A stretch of 64,000 bases of DNA from Candidatus Kapaibacterium sp. (lineage in GTDB: Bacteria > Bacteroidota > Ignavibacteria > Kapaibacteriales > UBA2268). The translations under genes were made by a program, and so were the position numbers. Of this stretch, positions 19,688 through 30,222 are shown one piece after another. How positions within the stretch are numbered: position 1 is the stretch's first letter; each line of letters opens with the position of its first letter. Below the pieces are notes generated by a model that was not told the origin of the DNA, ran no database searches, and saw only the letters and a program-made list of their open reading frames with translations. The DNA is taken from NCBI GenBank assembly GCA_963664875.1, contig OY761611.1:3456001-3520000 (forward strand), written 5' to 3'.

Positions 19688-20521
19688 ATGATACTTAAAT
19701 CCCTTATATTTTTAAGTTTATTTTTTACTATGCTTTTCACTTTATCTGCTGAAGACACACCGGCAGATACTACTGTTTTGCAAGAAGTAGAAGAAGTAGC
19801 TACGTTGGATTTAGATAAGTTGAGTTTGTGCGTAAACTATCCGGAAGATGCGCGAAGAGCTGAAATGGAAGGAACTGTTTATTTAAAATGCTTGATAGAT
19901 GAGCAAGCCAATTTAGACAAACTTGTAGTAGAGTATGCAGATCATGATTATCTGATTGAGGAAGCTATTAATGGTCTGAAACAGTTTAAATCTTGGACTG
20001 CTGGCGTGAAGGGTGGAAAAAAAATCAAAATTTGGATATCTATCCCTATTGAATTTAAGTTGCAAAGTAGTTCATTCTTTGCTGACTTAGTTGCCTGGAT
20101 TTTCGGCGGAGCAGACGAAGCAAAGATAAAACTACTTAATGATAATGCAATGTATCATGTTGGTGATGTTGTCGAAATTGCAAGAAACAGTAGATTAGGC
20201 ATAAACAATAAGCTCCCTGTCAGATATTTGAATTTAGACAAGAAACCAAAAGTCCTTGCAAAGCTTCTTGCTGAGCTATTAGTAGGCAATACTTTTCCTC
20301 ATGAAAAACTAATAGATAAAGATACTAAAATCAAAGTTAAGGTGTTGATAGATCAAATCGGAAATCCTATGGACGTGAAGATTCTTGAGTCCAACTACAA
20401 AGAGTTAGAACAGTCAGTGATTGACTTGATAAAGAATCACCAATTTGAGCCGTACCAAAGAAACGGTATAAATTATTACGCAGATTTAGTATTTACAATT
20501 ACTGTTGATCCAAAAATTTGA
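19688..20521 (+). CDS. Exported protein with two TonB C-terminal-like domains
   Basis: Signal peptide; YPEDARRAEMEGTVY...WISIPIEFKL and a second degenerate domain (VKVLIDQIG...FEPYQRNG). Confidence 0.75.
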   Translation: MILKSLIFLSLFFTMLFTLSAEDTPADTTVLQEVEEVATLDLDKLSLCVNYPEDARRAEMEGTVYLKCLIDEQANLDKLVVEYADHDYLIEEAINGLKQFKSWTAGVKGGKKIKIWISIPIEFKLQSSSFFADLVAWIFGGADEAKIKLLNDNAMYHVGDVVEIARNSRLGINNKLPVRYLNLDKKPKVLAKLLAELLVGNTFPHEKLIDKDTKIKVKVLIDQIGNPMDVKILESNYKELEQSVIDLIKNHQFEPYQRNGINYYADLVFTITVDPKI

Positions 20522-20541
20522 GATAGTAAAGAATATATATT

Positions 20542-21060
20542 ATGAAAACACTTTACTCAATATTGTTGCTTACATTGTTTGTGTTGCCTTCAGCTTTATT
20601 TGCCGAAGAAACTAAAACAGATACTTTGCGTTTTAACGATAAAGAGATAGTTAAAACTTACGATGGCAAGTTTATCTATGTAAATAAACATCTTTATGAT
20701 TCGACTGATGTAGAGGATATAAAGTTAGAGCCTGATGTATTTGTTCCGTGTCAGGAAGAGGCAAATTTAGATTTGAATAAATTAGCATCTCTTGTTGTCT
20801 ATCCTCCTCTTGCAAGAAGAGCAGGAATTATGGGCACAGCGTATGTAAAATGCTTAATTGGCAGAAACGATAAAGTACTAATAGTGATAATAGAGTTTTC
20901 CGACAACGAATTGCTCAACGAAGCTGCTATCAATGCTGTAATCTCTTGCGATACTTGGACGGCAGCAGTGCAAAAAGGACAAAAAATTCCAATGTGGATT
21001 TCTGTTCCAATAGAATTTAAGTTGAACGAAAGTAAAAAAGAAACTGAAGATAACGATTGA
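20542..21060 (+). CDS. Exported TonB C-terminal domain protein
   Basis: Signal peptide; YPPLARRAGIMGTAYVK...WISVPIEFKL. Confidence 0.8.
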   Translation: MKTLYSILLLTLFVLPSALFAEETKTDTLRFNDKEIVKTYDGKFIYVNKHLYDSTDVEDIKLEPDVFVPCQEEANLDLNKLASLVVYPPLARRAGIMGTAYVKCLIGRNDKVLIVIIEFSDNELLNEAAINAVISCDTWTAAVQKGQKIPMWISVPIEFKLNESKKETEDND

Positions 21061-21146
21061 TATATTAGGTTTGCGATTGAGCTAATCATTCTGAATCATA
21101 ACTTTTGAGATTGACATTAGTATAAATTATATAGAGGTTCTCCGAT

Positions 21147-22046
21147 ATGAAAAATCTAATAATGCTTCTATTCCTTGGGCTAATAGTTTCCTGCGGCAAG
21201 AGTGAGCAAAGCGGAGAAGAACCGGCAGAATCTATGAGCAAAGGCGAAATTACCATAGTTTGTGATGAAGCTATCAAACATGTGATGGATCCGGCTATTG
21301 ATATGTACGACGCTAAATACAAAGATGTTAAGGTTAGCAAAGAGTTTATAAATGCACGCGGAGTGATGCAAAAGTTGCTTTCCGGCGAAGCAAGGTTAGT
21401 AATCAATTCGAGAGATTACCTTCGCGACGAAGACTCTCTTATGAAAGCTTACGGCATGGAACCTCATAAAAAAATGGCTATTGCCTCTGACGGGCTTGTG
21501 TTTTTTACTCAACGCAACTTCCCGACTGATACATTGTCTGTAGAGGAAATTGAAGCAGCTCTTACAAGCGGTTTGCAACTTAAATCAATATACAATATGG
21601 CTCAGGAACCGAAGTTTGCATTCCCTGATGTAAACAGCTCAGTATATTATCATTTATACAAACAGGCAGCAAAAGAAAAAAGCATTACCCGAAGCGCTGA
21701 GTACTTCAAAGATACTGATTCGCTTATACAATATGTAAAAAATAACAACGCTGTGGGCGTAGCGCTAATGTCACAAGTTACCAAAGATACCACTTTGAAG
21801 ATGTTGAGATTGGGTTTCACCAATAAAGACAAGAAACGCATCTATCCACAGACAGTTCACCCGGGCTATATCGTACAGGATATGTACCCGTTCAAAATTA
21901 CATACTATGCTTACCTCAAAGAGCAAAGACGCAATCTGCCTTTCTGGTTTGCAAGGTATTTGGAGCAAGACAGGGAAGCACAAAAATACTTCCTTGATGC
22001 AGGAATTTTACCCGAATATGCAAAATTAGTGTTAAAACAAAATTAG
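21147..22046 (+). CDS. PstS-like substrate-binding lipoprotein
   Basis: Lipobox LIVSC; GEITIVCDEA, IASDG; typical position between tonB and the TPR gene. Confidence 0.75.
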   Translation: MKNLIMLLFLGLIVSCGKSEQSGEEPAESMSKGEITIVCDEAIKHVMDPAIDMYDAKYKDVKVSKEFINARGVMQKLLSGEARLVINSRDYLRDEDSLMKAYGMEPHKKMAIASDGLVFFTQRNFPTDTLSVEEIEAALTSGLQLKSIYNMAQEPKFAFPDVNSSVYYHLYKQAAKEKSITRSAEYFKDTDSLIQYVKNNNAVGVALMSQVTKDTTLKMLRLGFTNKDKKRIYPQTVHPGYIVQDMYPFKITYYAYLKEQRRNLPFWFARYLEQDREAQKYFLDAGILPEYAKLVLKQN

Positions 22047-22061
22047 AAGGACTAAGTACTA

Positions 22062-23792
22062 ATGAAATTATTAGCTTCATTATTACTCGCACTCACTTTA
22101 AGCTTTAGTAGCTTATTTGCACAATCAGCAGCAGATCAGGTCAGAAGCTATCTTGCTGACAAGGATTACGAAAAAGCTTCTGAATTTATCGATCAGGCAA
22201 TCAAAGAAAATCGTAAAGATATCGATTTGCATTTGACTTGCGGCGATATTTATTATGAATTGGAACAGTACCAAAAAGCTTTGGAACTTTATGAAAAAGC
22301 TGACGATTTGGACAGCGATGAGCCAAAAATCATGCGTAAAGTTGCTTCTGCATACTCTGCAATCGGCAATCACACTAAAGCTATGAAAGTGCTCGACGAA
22401 GCCATCAAAGAAAATGATAAAGATATCGATACTTGGCTACAATTAGGTAAAGCTCTTATTGCAGCAGATTCTTTGAAAGCAGCAGAAATAAAAATCACAA
22501 AAGCAAAAGCAATGGACGAATCCAACCCGGAAACATACATTGTGCTTGGTGATTTGTATTTCGCTAAAAGAGTTTATCCTTTGGCTTGCTCTAACTACGA
22601 AGAAGCTCTCAAAAAAGACGAACAAAATGTGCAGGCTCGTATCAATCTTGCTATAAGCTATGGCAAAATGGCAAATGTTGAGATGGATGATGATTTGAGA
22701 AACGAATTATTCAAAAAATCTTTGGTAGAATGGAACACTGTAACAAAACAGGATCCTAAAAATGCTAAAGCATTTTTCGAACAAGGTAGAATCTTCTACT
22801 ATGCTAAGCAATACAAAGAATCAGCAGCCTCTCTTTTGAAATTCGTAGAGCTAAGACCTTCCGGCTCTCTTGGCAGATGGATGCTTGCACAGTCTCTTTA
22901 CGAAATCGGTGCCTGCGACTCAGCAAGAACTCACCTCGAAATTTCAGCAGAGCAGATAGATACAGTTAAAACTAAAGCTAAACTCCTATTGGCTCGTTGC
23001 TTCTACGATAAAAAAGAATATGCACAATCATTCGAAGCATATACTGTAGTTGCTGCAAACTCAGAAATGGAAATGAAAGACGTACGTAGCTTTGGTACTG
23101 CAGCTCTTTTTGCAGGCGATACTACAAAAGCTATCGAATTGTGGAACAAAGCAATCGATATGGATCCTGAAGGCAACTGCCAGCTTATGTTCCTTGTGGG
23201 TACTCAGCTAAACAAGATGAAAATGTACGGAGACGCAGTTACAGTCCTAAAAAGAAGACTTGCTACTGCTTCTTGCACAGATAGGCTTTCAGAAACGAAC
23301 TTTACTATTGGTACAGCTATATTCTTCGATGCTTCGCAGGATACTATCGTAGCGAACAGAGCACAAACTGCCTTGCCATATATGCTCAAAGCAGTAGAGC
23401 AAGACACAAATAATCTCTGGGCTTCAATTTACCTTGGAGACGTATATGCGGCTTTGGACTCTATGCCAAAAGCAAAAGAAGCATTCAGATTTGCTATTGA
23501 CGTAGCAGCAGCTGACACATCATCTGCACAAAACAAATCAGTAATGCAGCAGGCATTCTTCAAAATGACAAATATGGCATTGGAAGCAAAAAACTGGGCA
23601 GAAGTAACAAAAGTAGCAAAAGAATGGTCAGATATGAGTCCTGACTCAGAATATGCATTCTTATTCCTTGCATTTGGTAACCAAGGACTTCAAAATACTG
23701 ATGCAGCTTGCATCGCGTATAGAAAAGTGCTTAGAATAAATCCAAAAAATACAACAGCATCTAAAAATTTAAATGCGTTGCAATGCAAATAA
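22062..23792 (+). CDS. Exported tetratricopeptide-repeat protein
   Basis: Signal peptide and many TPR units (GDIYYELEQYQKALELYEKA, etc.). Confidence 0.88.
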   Translation: MKLLASLLLALTLSFSSLFAQSAADQVRSYLADKDYEKASEFIDQAIKENRKDIDLHLTCGDIYYELEQYQKALELYEKADDLDSDEPKIMRKVASAYSAIGNHTKAMKVLDEAIKENDKDIDTWLQLGKALIAADSLKAAEIKITKAKAMDESNPETYIVLGDLYFAKRVYPLACSNYEEALKKDEQNVQARINLAISYGKMANVEMDDDLRNELFKKSLVEWNTVTKQDPKNAKAFFEQGRIFYYAKQYKESAASLLKFVELRPSGSLGRWMLAQSLYEIGACDSARTHLEISAEQIDTVKTKAKLLLARCFYDKKEYAQSFEAYTVVAANSEMEMKDVRSFGTAALFAGDTTKAIELWNKAIDMDPEGNCQLMFLVGTQLNKMKMYGDAVTVLKRRLATASCTDRLSETNFTIGTAIFFDASQDTIVANRAQTALPYMLKAVEQDTNNLWASIYLGDVYAALDSMPKAKEAFRFAIDVAAADTSSAQNKSVMQQAFFKMTNMALEAKNWAEVTKVAKEWSDMSPDSEYAFLFLAFGNQGLQNTDAACIAYRKVLRINPKNTTASKNLNALQCK

Positions 23793-23814
23793 TCGCATAA
23801 TGTTAAGAGAAAAT

Positions 23815-23843
23815 GGAGACTTTGTTGATAAGTCTCCTTTTTT
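23815..23843 (+). terminator. Intrinsic terminator
   Basis: ggagactt-tgttgat-aagtctcc-tttttt. Confidence 0.7.
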
Positions 23844-23907
23844 CGTTTTGTATTTTTCGTAAATCATTACTATCTTTGTAAGATACATTTTAGGCGGTAG
23901 TGTAAAA

Positions 23908-24447
23908 ATGTTACAGATAATGATCAAAGGCATAGGCGACGGAACTTATGATATTGATACAGCCTGTGCAGTCGGAAGATTAAAAGGTATATATCCGGAG
24001 TTTTACGGCGAAGTAACACTCAAAGGAACGCTGAAAATACTCGGCAAACGATACACAATAGATGCTCAGGTGAGCAGCATGGCAAAACTTCTTTGTGATG
24101 TATCTCTCGAAGATTACAACGAAGAAATAAGTGCTGATATTTCCGTAGCTTATTTGGCTAATACTGACTTATATTATGCTCGCCAAGACGAGGATAACGA
24201 AGATTTCGAGACAGAAATCGTAATCCATGAGGATGACAAATTCATCGACCTCACAGAAGAGGTAACTCAGCAGCTAAATGTGTCATTGCCTATGAAAAGG
24301 GTAGCTCCTAAATATCGCGATAAAGAGCTTGAAGAGATATACCCTGAGTTTACAGATTCGAGCGATAAAGATAATACAGAAAATAAAGACCAAAATGAAG
24401 ATATAGACGAACGATGGTCTGCATTAAAGAAATTAAAACTTAATTAG
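23908..24447 (+). CDS. yceD: DUF177 / YceD family protein
   Basis: CDVSL, IDLTEEV...LPMK, DERWSALKKL; upstream of rpmF. Confidence 0.88.
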   Translation: MLQIMIKGIGDGTYDIDTACAVGRLKGIYPEFYGEVTLKGTLKILGKRYTIDAQVSSMAKLLCDVSLEDYNEEISADISVAYLANTDLYYARQDEDNEDFETEIVIHEDDKFIDLTEEVTQQLNVSLPMKRVAPKYRDKELEEIYPEFTDSSDKDNTENKDQNEDIDERWSALKKLKLN

Positions 24448-24470
24448 ATAATTACATAAGGGATGGAACA

Positions 24471-24647
24471 ATGCCACAACCTAAAAGAAAAACTTCTAAA
24501 ACCCGTAGAGATAAAAGACGTACTCACTACAAAGCTACGCCTAAGACAGTAAACACTTGTCCTCAGTGTGCGTCTCCAAAATTATCTCATGCAGCTTGTC
24601 CTGAATGCGGATATTACAACGGACGTAAAATACTTGCTGCTGTTTAA
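24471..24647 (+). CDS. rpmF: 50S ribosomal protein L32 (zinc-ribbon form)
   Basis: Manual translation MPQPKRKTSKTRRDKRRTHYKATPKTVNTCPQCASPKLSHAACPECGYYNGRKILAAV; below the ORF-track size cutoff. Confidence 0.97.
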   Translation: MPQPKRKTSKTRRDKRRTHYKATPKTVNTCPQCASPKLSHAACPECGYYNGRKILAAV

Positions 24648-24659
24648 TATTCATAGTTT

Positions 24660-24700
24660 AAAAAAGTACCCGCTATTTTGATGTAGCAGGTACTTTTTTT
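24660..24700 (+). terminator. Terminator-like hairpin after rpmF
   Basis: aaaaagtacccgcta...tagcaggtactttttt. Confidence 0.6.
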
Positions 24701-24730
24701 ATTAATAATAAACCGAGGTTTATTTTTCAG

Positions 24731-25747
24731 ATGAACTCAAACGACAACAAAGTAATTAAAATAGCCATCGACGCAATGGGAGGGGACTTTGCACCCCTAA
24801 ACGAAGTAATCGGCGGGCTTAATGCTTTAAAAAATAAACCATATTTAGAAGTTATCTTTGTAGGCGACGAAACGCAAATCAAAAAAACAATTTCCGAACA
24901 GGGATATTCCGGAAAAAACTATTCCATACTTCATGCCTCGCAGGTAGTTACTATGAAAGACGACCCTGCTGTAGCTATCAAAACCAAAAAAGATTCCTCT
25001 CTTTACAAAGGTATCGACTTAGTCAAATCAGGTTCTGCTGACGGATTTATTTCCGCAGGCAATACCGGTGCGGTGATGAGCACTTCTACTATTTTGCTCG
25101 GCAGAATAAAAGGAGTAGGCAGGCCGACTATTGGCACATTTATGCCAACAGTCAAAGACCGCCCGTCTTTGCTCTTAGATGTCGGTGCATCAGTAGATCA
25201 AAAAAGTCGTTTCCTTTACGAATATGCCATCATGGGAGCAATTTATGCAGAGCAGATTCTCGGTATAAATAACCCAAAAGTAGGTTTGCTAAGCGTAGGC
25301 GAAGAAGCCTCGAAAGGTACAGAGGAAGTGAAACTTGCCAATAAAATTTTGCAGGAAAGCGAACTTAATTTCATTGGCAACGTAGAAGGAAGAGATATAC
25401 TTGCAGGTACTTCTGACATTGTCGTATGCGATGGTTTCACCGGAAATGTTATATTGAAATTTGCAGAAAGTTTCCTTACTGTACTTAAGAGTAAAATAAA
25501 AGATTTTTCTGAAAGAGGGATTTTTAATAAATTGAAAGTCGCTCTAATGGTACCAACTCTAAAGTTGATACTAAAAGACTTCGATTATCAGACTTATGGC
25601 GGAGTTCCTCTGCTAGGTGTCAATGGTAATATAATAATAGGGCACGGCAAATCGTCCCCTATAGCCATTGAAAACATGATCAACAGAGCCATTGAAATGA
25701 CTCAAAAAGATCTGACCAATAAGCTTTTCGAAGCACTTAATAAGTAA
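24731..25747 (+). CDS. plsX: Phosphate acyltransferase PlsX
   Basis: IAIDAMGGDFAP, SAGNTGA, GNVEGRDI, VCDGFTGNV. Confidence 0.97.
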   Translation: MNSNDNKVIKIAIDAMGGDFAPLNEVIGGLNALKNKPYLEVIFVGDETQIKKTISEQGYSGKNYSILHASQVVTMKDDPAVAIKTKKDSSLYKGIDLVKSGSADGFISAGNTGAVMSTSTILLGRIKGVGRPTIGTFMPTVKDRPSLLLDVGASVDQKSRFLYEYAIMGAIYAEQILGINNPKVGLLSVGEEASKGTEEVKLANKILQESELNFIGNVEGRDILAGTSDIVVCDGFTGNVILKFAESFLTVLKSKIKDFSERGIFNKLKVALMVPTLKLILKDFDYQTYGGVPLLGVNGNIIIGHGKSSPIAIENMINRAIEMTQKDLTNKLFEALNK

Positions 25748-25777
25748 TAAATTTGCATAACAATAGAAAATTGAATC

Positions 25778-26767
25778 ATGCCAGCAACAATTACTTCTAT
25801 AGCTCACTATTTACCTCCTGATGTTTATACTAATAAATATTTTGAGGACTATTTAGATACAAACCATGATTGGATTATGGCAAGAACAGGCATTGCTGAA
25901 CGTCGCTTTGCTAAAGATGGTGCCACAAGCGATTTGATGGTGCCTGCAGCAGAGGAATGTATCAAACGCAGAGGTATCGCCAAAGAGGATATCGACATGG
26001 TAATCTGCGCTACTGTAACGCCTGACCATTTGTTTCCTAATACAGCTGCAGTTTGCCAGCATAAATTAGGACTTCCAAATGCATGGGGTTATGATATTAG
26101 TGCTGCTTGTTCAGGATTTATTTTTACTTTAATAAATGCTGTTAAAATGGTAGAATCCGGCGTTGCAAGAAACGTACTTCTTCTTGCCGGTGACAAAATG
26201 AGTTCAGTAGTTAATTTCCAGGATAGAACTCAAGCTGTGCTTTTCGGCGATGGTGCTGCTGCCTGCCTTATCGAAATGTCTGACGATCCGGAACTTGGTG
26301 TTTTAGACCAGATACTTCACATAGACGGCAATGGCGGTCAATACCTTAAACAAGTTGCCGGTGGCTCTTTCAAACCCGCTTGCCACGAATCAGTGGATGC
26401 AGGCGAACACTATATCTACCAAGACGGACAAAACGTGTTTAAAGCTGCTGTTAAAGGTATGGCAGACGTTTCTACAGAAATCATGACTAAAAATGGAATG
26501 ACTTCTGAAGATATCGACTGGTTAGTGCCGCATCAGGCTAATATGCGTATTATCACAGCAACAGCTCAGAGGATGGGACTTGCACCTGAAAAAGTGATGA
26601 TCAATATCGAAAAATATGGCAACACTACTGCAGGTACTATTCCGATTTGTCTTTCTGAATGGTTAGAAAACGGTAAGCTCCACAAAGGCGACAAACTTGT
26701 GCTTTCAAGCTTTGGTGCTGGTTTTACATGGGGCACGATTTATATGCGTTGGAATATGAATAAATAA
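25778..26767 (+). CDS. fabH: 3-oxoacyl-ACP synthase III
   Basis: AACSGF, LFGDGA, PHQANMRI, YGNT, FGAGFTWG. Confidence 0.97.
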   Translation: MPATITSIAHYLPPDVYTNKYFEDYLDTNHDWIMARTGIAERRFAKDGATSDLMVPAAEECIKRRGIAKEDIDMVICATVTPDHLFPNTAAVCQHKLGLPNAWGYDISAACSGFIFTLINAVKMVESGVARNVLLLAGDKMSSVVNFQDRTQAVLFGDGAAACLIEMSDDPELGVLDQILHIDGNGGQYLKQVAGGSFKPACHESVDAGEHYIYQDGQNVFKAAVKGMADVSTEIMTKNGMTSEDIDWLVPHQANMRIITATAQRMGLAPEKVMINIEKYGNTTAGTIPICLSEWLENGKLHKGDKLVLSSFGAGFTWGTIYMRWNMNK

Positions 26768-26778
26768 ATTTGAATGAT

Positions 26779-27708
26779 ATGAGCAAAGCATTATTATTTA
26801 CCGGGCAAGGTTCTCAATATGTAGGCATGGTCAAAGACCTGTTTGACAAATATCCTGTTGCTCGTGATTTAGTTGAAAAAGCAGACAAAGCCTTAGGCTT
26901 TTCTATTAGCAATATTTGCTTCGATGGTCCTGCGGAAACATTGAAAGAAACAAGATACACTCAACCTGCATTGTTTTTGCACTCTGCGGTGGCGTTCAAT
27001 CTTGTCAAAGATAATATGGAATTTTCTGTAGTAGCAGGGCACTCCGTAGGCGAATATGCTGCTTTATATGCAGCAGAGGTCATCTCATTTGAAGATGCTA
27101 TAAAACTTGTAGCTCTTAGAGGTCAGCTAATGTTCACTGCCGGCGAAGATGAACCGGGAACAATGATGGCTGTTATGGGTGCCGACGACGAAAAAGTTGA
27201 AGCCGCTTGCGCAGAACTTACCGAAAACGGTAACGGAAACGTAGTGGTAGCTGCTAATTACAACTGCCCCGGGCAGTTAGTAGTCTCCGGCTCTGCAGAG
27301 TACCTCAGAGCAAACGCAGCTGCATTCAAAGCAGCAGGTGCAAAAATAGTAAAAGAATTGCCTGTAAGCGGAGCTTTTCACTCTCCACTTATGAAACCTG
27401 CCAAAGAAAAATTGGCTGAGGCTATCAACAATATTGATTTCAAAGATGCAAAGGTTCCAGTGTATTCTAATGTTTACGCAAAACCAATAAGCAATGCATC
27501 TGAAATAAAAGAAGCTCTTATCGCTCAGCTTACTGCACCTGTCAAATGGACTCAGTCCTTGCAGGCTATGGATGCTGACGGAATTACTGACTTTGTCGAA
27601 TTAGGTCCGGGCAATGTATTGCAAGGTTTGGTAAAACGAACTCTTGCAGGCAAAAACATTGGCGGAATCGACAAGGTAGAAGATGTGGAAAAATATATTG
27701 CAGGTTAA
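26779..27708 (+). CDS. fabD: Malonyl-CoA:ACP transacylase
   Basis: FTGQGSQ, GHSVGEY, VSGAFHS. Confidence 0.97.
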   Translation: MSKALLFTGQGSQYVGMVKDLFDKYPVARDLVEKADKALGFSISNICFDGPAETLKETRYTQPALFLHSAVAFNLVKDNMEFSVVAGHSVGEYAALYAAEVISFEDAIKLVALRGQLMFTAGEDEPGTMMAVMGADDEKVEAACAELTENGNGNVVVAANYNCPGQLVVSGSAEYLRANAAAFKAAGAKIVKELPVSGAFHSPLMKPAKEKLAEAINNIDFKDAKVPVYSNVYAKPISNASEIKEALIAQLTAPVKWTQSLQAMDADGITDFVELGPGNVLQGLVKRTLAGKNIGGIDKVEDVEKYIAG

Positions 27709-27758
27709 AAAGATATATTTTTTAACTTTATTTTTTGTCAATTAAAGAAAATACGATA

Positions 27759-28505
27759 ATGGGAAACAGATTTGAAGGGAAAGTTGCTGTCGTTACAGGC
27801 GGTTGCCGCGGTATCGGAAAAGCAATAGTAGAAAGATTTTTGCAGGAAGGAGCTAAGGTTTATTCTTTCGATTATGTTATACCTGCAGAAGGTGATACTT
27901 TTATCGAAGATTCGGCTTTGGCAGTTAATGCTAAATGTGTACAAACTGACGTAACAAGCACAGAATCTGTTGCCGGTGCATTTGACAATGTTGTCAAAGC
28001 AGAAGGCAAAATAGATATACTTGTAAATAACGCAGGCGTAACACGCGATAATTTATTGATGAGAATGTCAGAAACGGAATGGGATCAGGTAATCAATACT
28101 AACTTGAAAGGCACATTTATCTGTACTAAAGCAGTTACCCGACAAATGATGTCCCAAAGAAGTGGTCGTATTATCAATGTTGGTTCTATTATAGGAAGCA
28201 CAGGTAATGCCGGACAGTCTAACTATGCTTCATCAAAAGCAGGGGTAATAGGTTTTACAAAATCGATCGCACAGGAACTTGCTTCCCGTAATATTTTGTC
28301 AAACGTAGTTGCTCCGGGGTACGTAGAAACTCCAATGACTGACAAATTAACTGATGAACAAAAGAAAGCTTATGCAGAAGCAGTGCCGCTCAAAAGAGCT
28401 GCAAAACCGGAAGATATAGCAAACGTTGTAGCTTTCCTTGCCTCTGACGATGCTTCTTATGTTACAGGTCAGGTAATACACGTTGACGGCGGATTAGCAC
28501 TTTAA
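27759..28505 (+). CDS. fabG: 3-oxoacyl-ACP reductase
   Basis: TGGCRGIG, NNAGVTRD, YASSK. Confidence 0.96.
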   Translation: MGNRFEGKVAVVTGGCRGIGKAIVERFLQEGAKVYSFDYVIPAEGDTFIEDSALAVNAKCVQTDVTSTESVAGAFDNVVKAEGKIDILVNNAGVTRDNLLMRMSETEWDQVINTNLKGTFICTKAVTRQMMSQRSGRIINVGSIIGSTGNAGQSNYASSKAGVIGFTKSIAQELASRNILSNVVAPGYVETPMTDKLTDEQKKAYAEAVPLKRAAKPEDIANVVAFLASDDASYVTGQVIHVDGGLAL

Positions 28506-28557
28506 TCATATTATTATAAATCGTTTTTTAAACAACTTATGTTCTTAGGAGTATATC

Positions 28558-28788
28558 ATGGCTATTTTAGCAAGAGTTAAAGAAATCATCGTAAACAAAC
28601 TTGGTGTTGAAGAATCACAAGTTACACTTGAAGCTTCTTTCACAAAAGACTTGGGTGCTGACTCTTTGGATACAGTAGAGCTCATCATGGAATTCGAAAA
28701 AGAATTCGATATCACTATCGAAGATAGCGAAGCTGAAAAAATCCAAACTGTAGGCGATGTTGTTAATTTCTTGGAAGCTAACAAGTAA
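28558..28788 (+). CDS. acpP: Acyl carrier protein
   Basis: [12 protein letters not shown]. Confidence 0.98.
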   Translation: MAILARVKEIIVNKLGVEESQVTLEASFTKDLGADSLDTVELIMEFEKEFDITIEDSEAEKIQTVGDVVNFLEANK

Positions 28789-28963
28789 TTAGCTTAGAAA
28801 TTAAAAGCAGAGAAAGAGACTTTTTTTAGAAGTCATCTGATTGATTATCGTAAGGGACAGTCCGGCATATTAAAAAAATATGCAGACTGCCCTAATACGA
28901 TTTATAAAAAAGCCTCTAAAAAATTTAATTGTAATGTGTAAAGTATAACAACGGCGAGAACTT

Positions 28964-30214
28964 ATGCCGAAATACGATTTCCCACGTGTAGTGATTACCG
29001 GTCTCGGAGCAGTAACTCCAATTGGTAATAATATCGATGAATTTTGGAATTCAATGATGGAAGGCAAAAGCGGAGCCGGAATGATTACCGGGTTCGATGC
29101 CTCAGAATATAAAACAAAATTTGCATGCCAGGTAAAAGATTTCGATCCTGAAAAATATATGCATAAAAAAGAAATGCAGCGTATGGATCCTTTTACTCAT
29201 TATGCAATTGCAGCTGCTTCTATGGCTATAGAAGATGCAGCTATTGACTTTGAAACACTCGACAAAGAAAGAGTTGGTGTGATCTTCGGTTCCGGTATCG
29301 GTGGTATGTGGACTTACCATCACCAGCAGGAACAGCTTTACCAACGTGGTAAGCCTGATAGAATTTCACCATTCTTTGTGCCGATGATGATTTCTGACAT
29401 TGCTGCAGGACAGATAGCTATCCGTTGGGGCTTCAAAGGTCCTAATTATGCTACAGTTTCTGCTTGTGCTACTTCATCTCATGCAATCGCAGATGCTCTG
29501 ATGCTTATCCAAAGAGGTAATGCAGACATGATGATTTGCGGCGGCAGCGAAGCAGCAATCTGCCCTATGGGTGTTGGTGGCTTTAATGCTATGCAGGCAC
29601 TTTCTACAAGAAATGATGACCCTGCTACTGCCAGCCGTCCTTTCGATAAAGGCAGAGACGGATTCGTCATGGGCGAAGGCGGTGGTGTGCTTGTTATAGA
29701 AACATTGGAGCACGCACGCAAAAGAGGTGCAAAAATTTATGCAGAATTAGCAGGTTTCGGACTGACAGATGATGCTCATCACATCACTGCTCCTTCTTTG
29801 GATGGTCCTACAAGATCAATGCGTCTTGCTATCGAAGATGCAGGATTGAAACCTGAAGACATAGACTATCTAAATGCTCACGGTACATCTACTCCGCACA
29901 ACGACAGAAATGAAACTGCCGCTGTGAAAGAAGTATTTGGCGAGCATGCTTACAAGATGGCTATCAGCTCTACAAAATCAATGACCGGTCACCTTCTGGG
30001 TGCTGCCGGAGCTATCGAAGCAGTAGCTACAACTCTTGCAATTACAAATGCAATGGTGCCGCCTACTATCAATATTGTAGAGCAGGATCCTGATTGTGAT
30101 TTGAACTATACACCTCACAAACCGGTGAAAAAAGAAATCAAAGCTGCGATAAGCAATACTTTTGGTTTTGGTGGTCATAATGCTACTTTATGTTTCAAAA
30201 AATTTGAAGATTAA
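28964..30214 (+). CDS. fabF: 3-oxoacyl-ACP synthase II
   Basis: SACATS, NAHGTST, KSMTGHLLGAAG, FGFGGHN. Confidence 0.97.
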   Translation: MPKYDFPRVVITGLGAVTPIGNNIDEFWNSMMEGKSGAGMITGFDASEYKTKFACQVKDFDPEKYMHKKEMQRMDPFTHYAIAAASMAIEDAAIDFETLDKERVGVIFGSGIGGMWTYHHQQEQLYQRGKPDRISPFFVPMMISDIAAGQIAIRWGFKGPNYATVSACATSSHAIADALMLIQRGNADMMICGGSEAAICPMGVGGFNAMQALSTRNDDPATASRPFDKGRDGFVMGEGGGVLVIETLEHARKRGAKIYAELAGFGLTDDAHHITAPSLDGPTRSMRLAIEDAGLKPEDIDYLNAHGTSTPHNDRNETAAVKEVFGEHAYKMAISSTKSMTGHLLGAAGAIEAVATTLAITNAMVPPTINIVEQDPDCDLNYTPHKPVKKEIKAAISNTFGFGGHNATLCFKKFED

Positions 30215-30222
30215 ATCGATAA

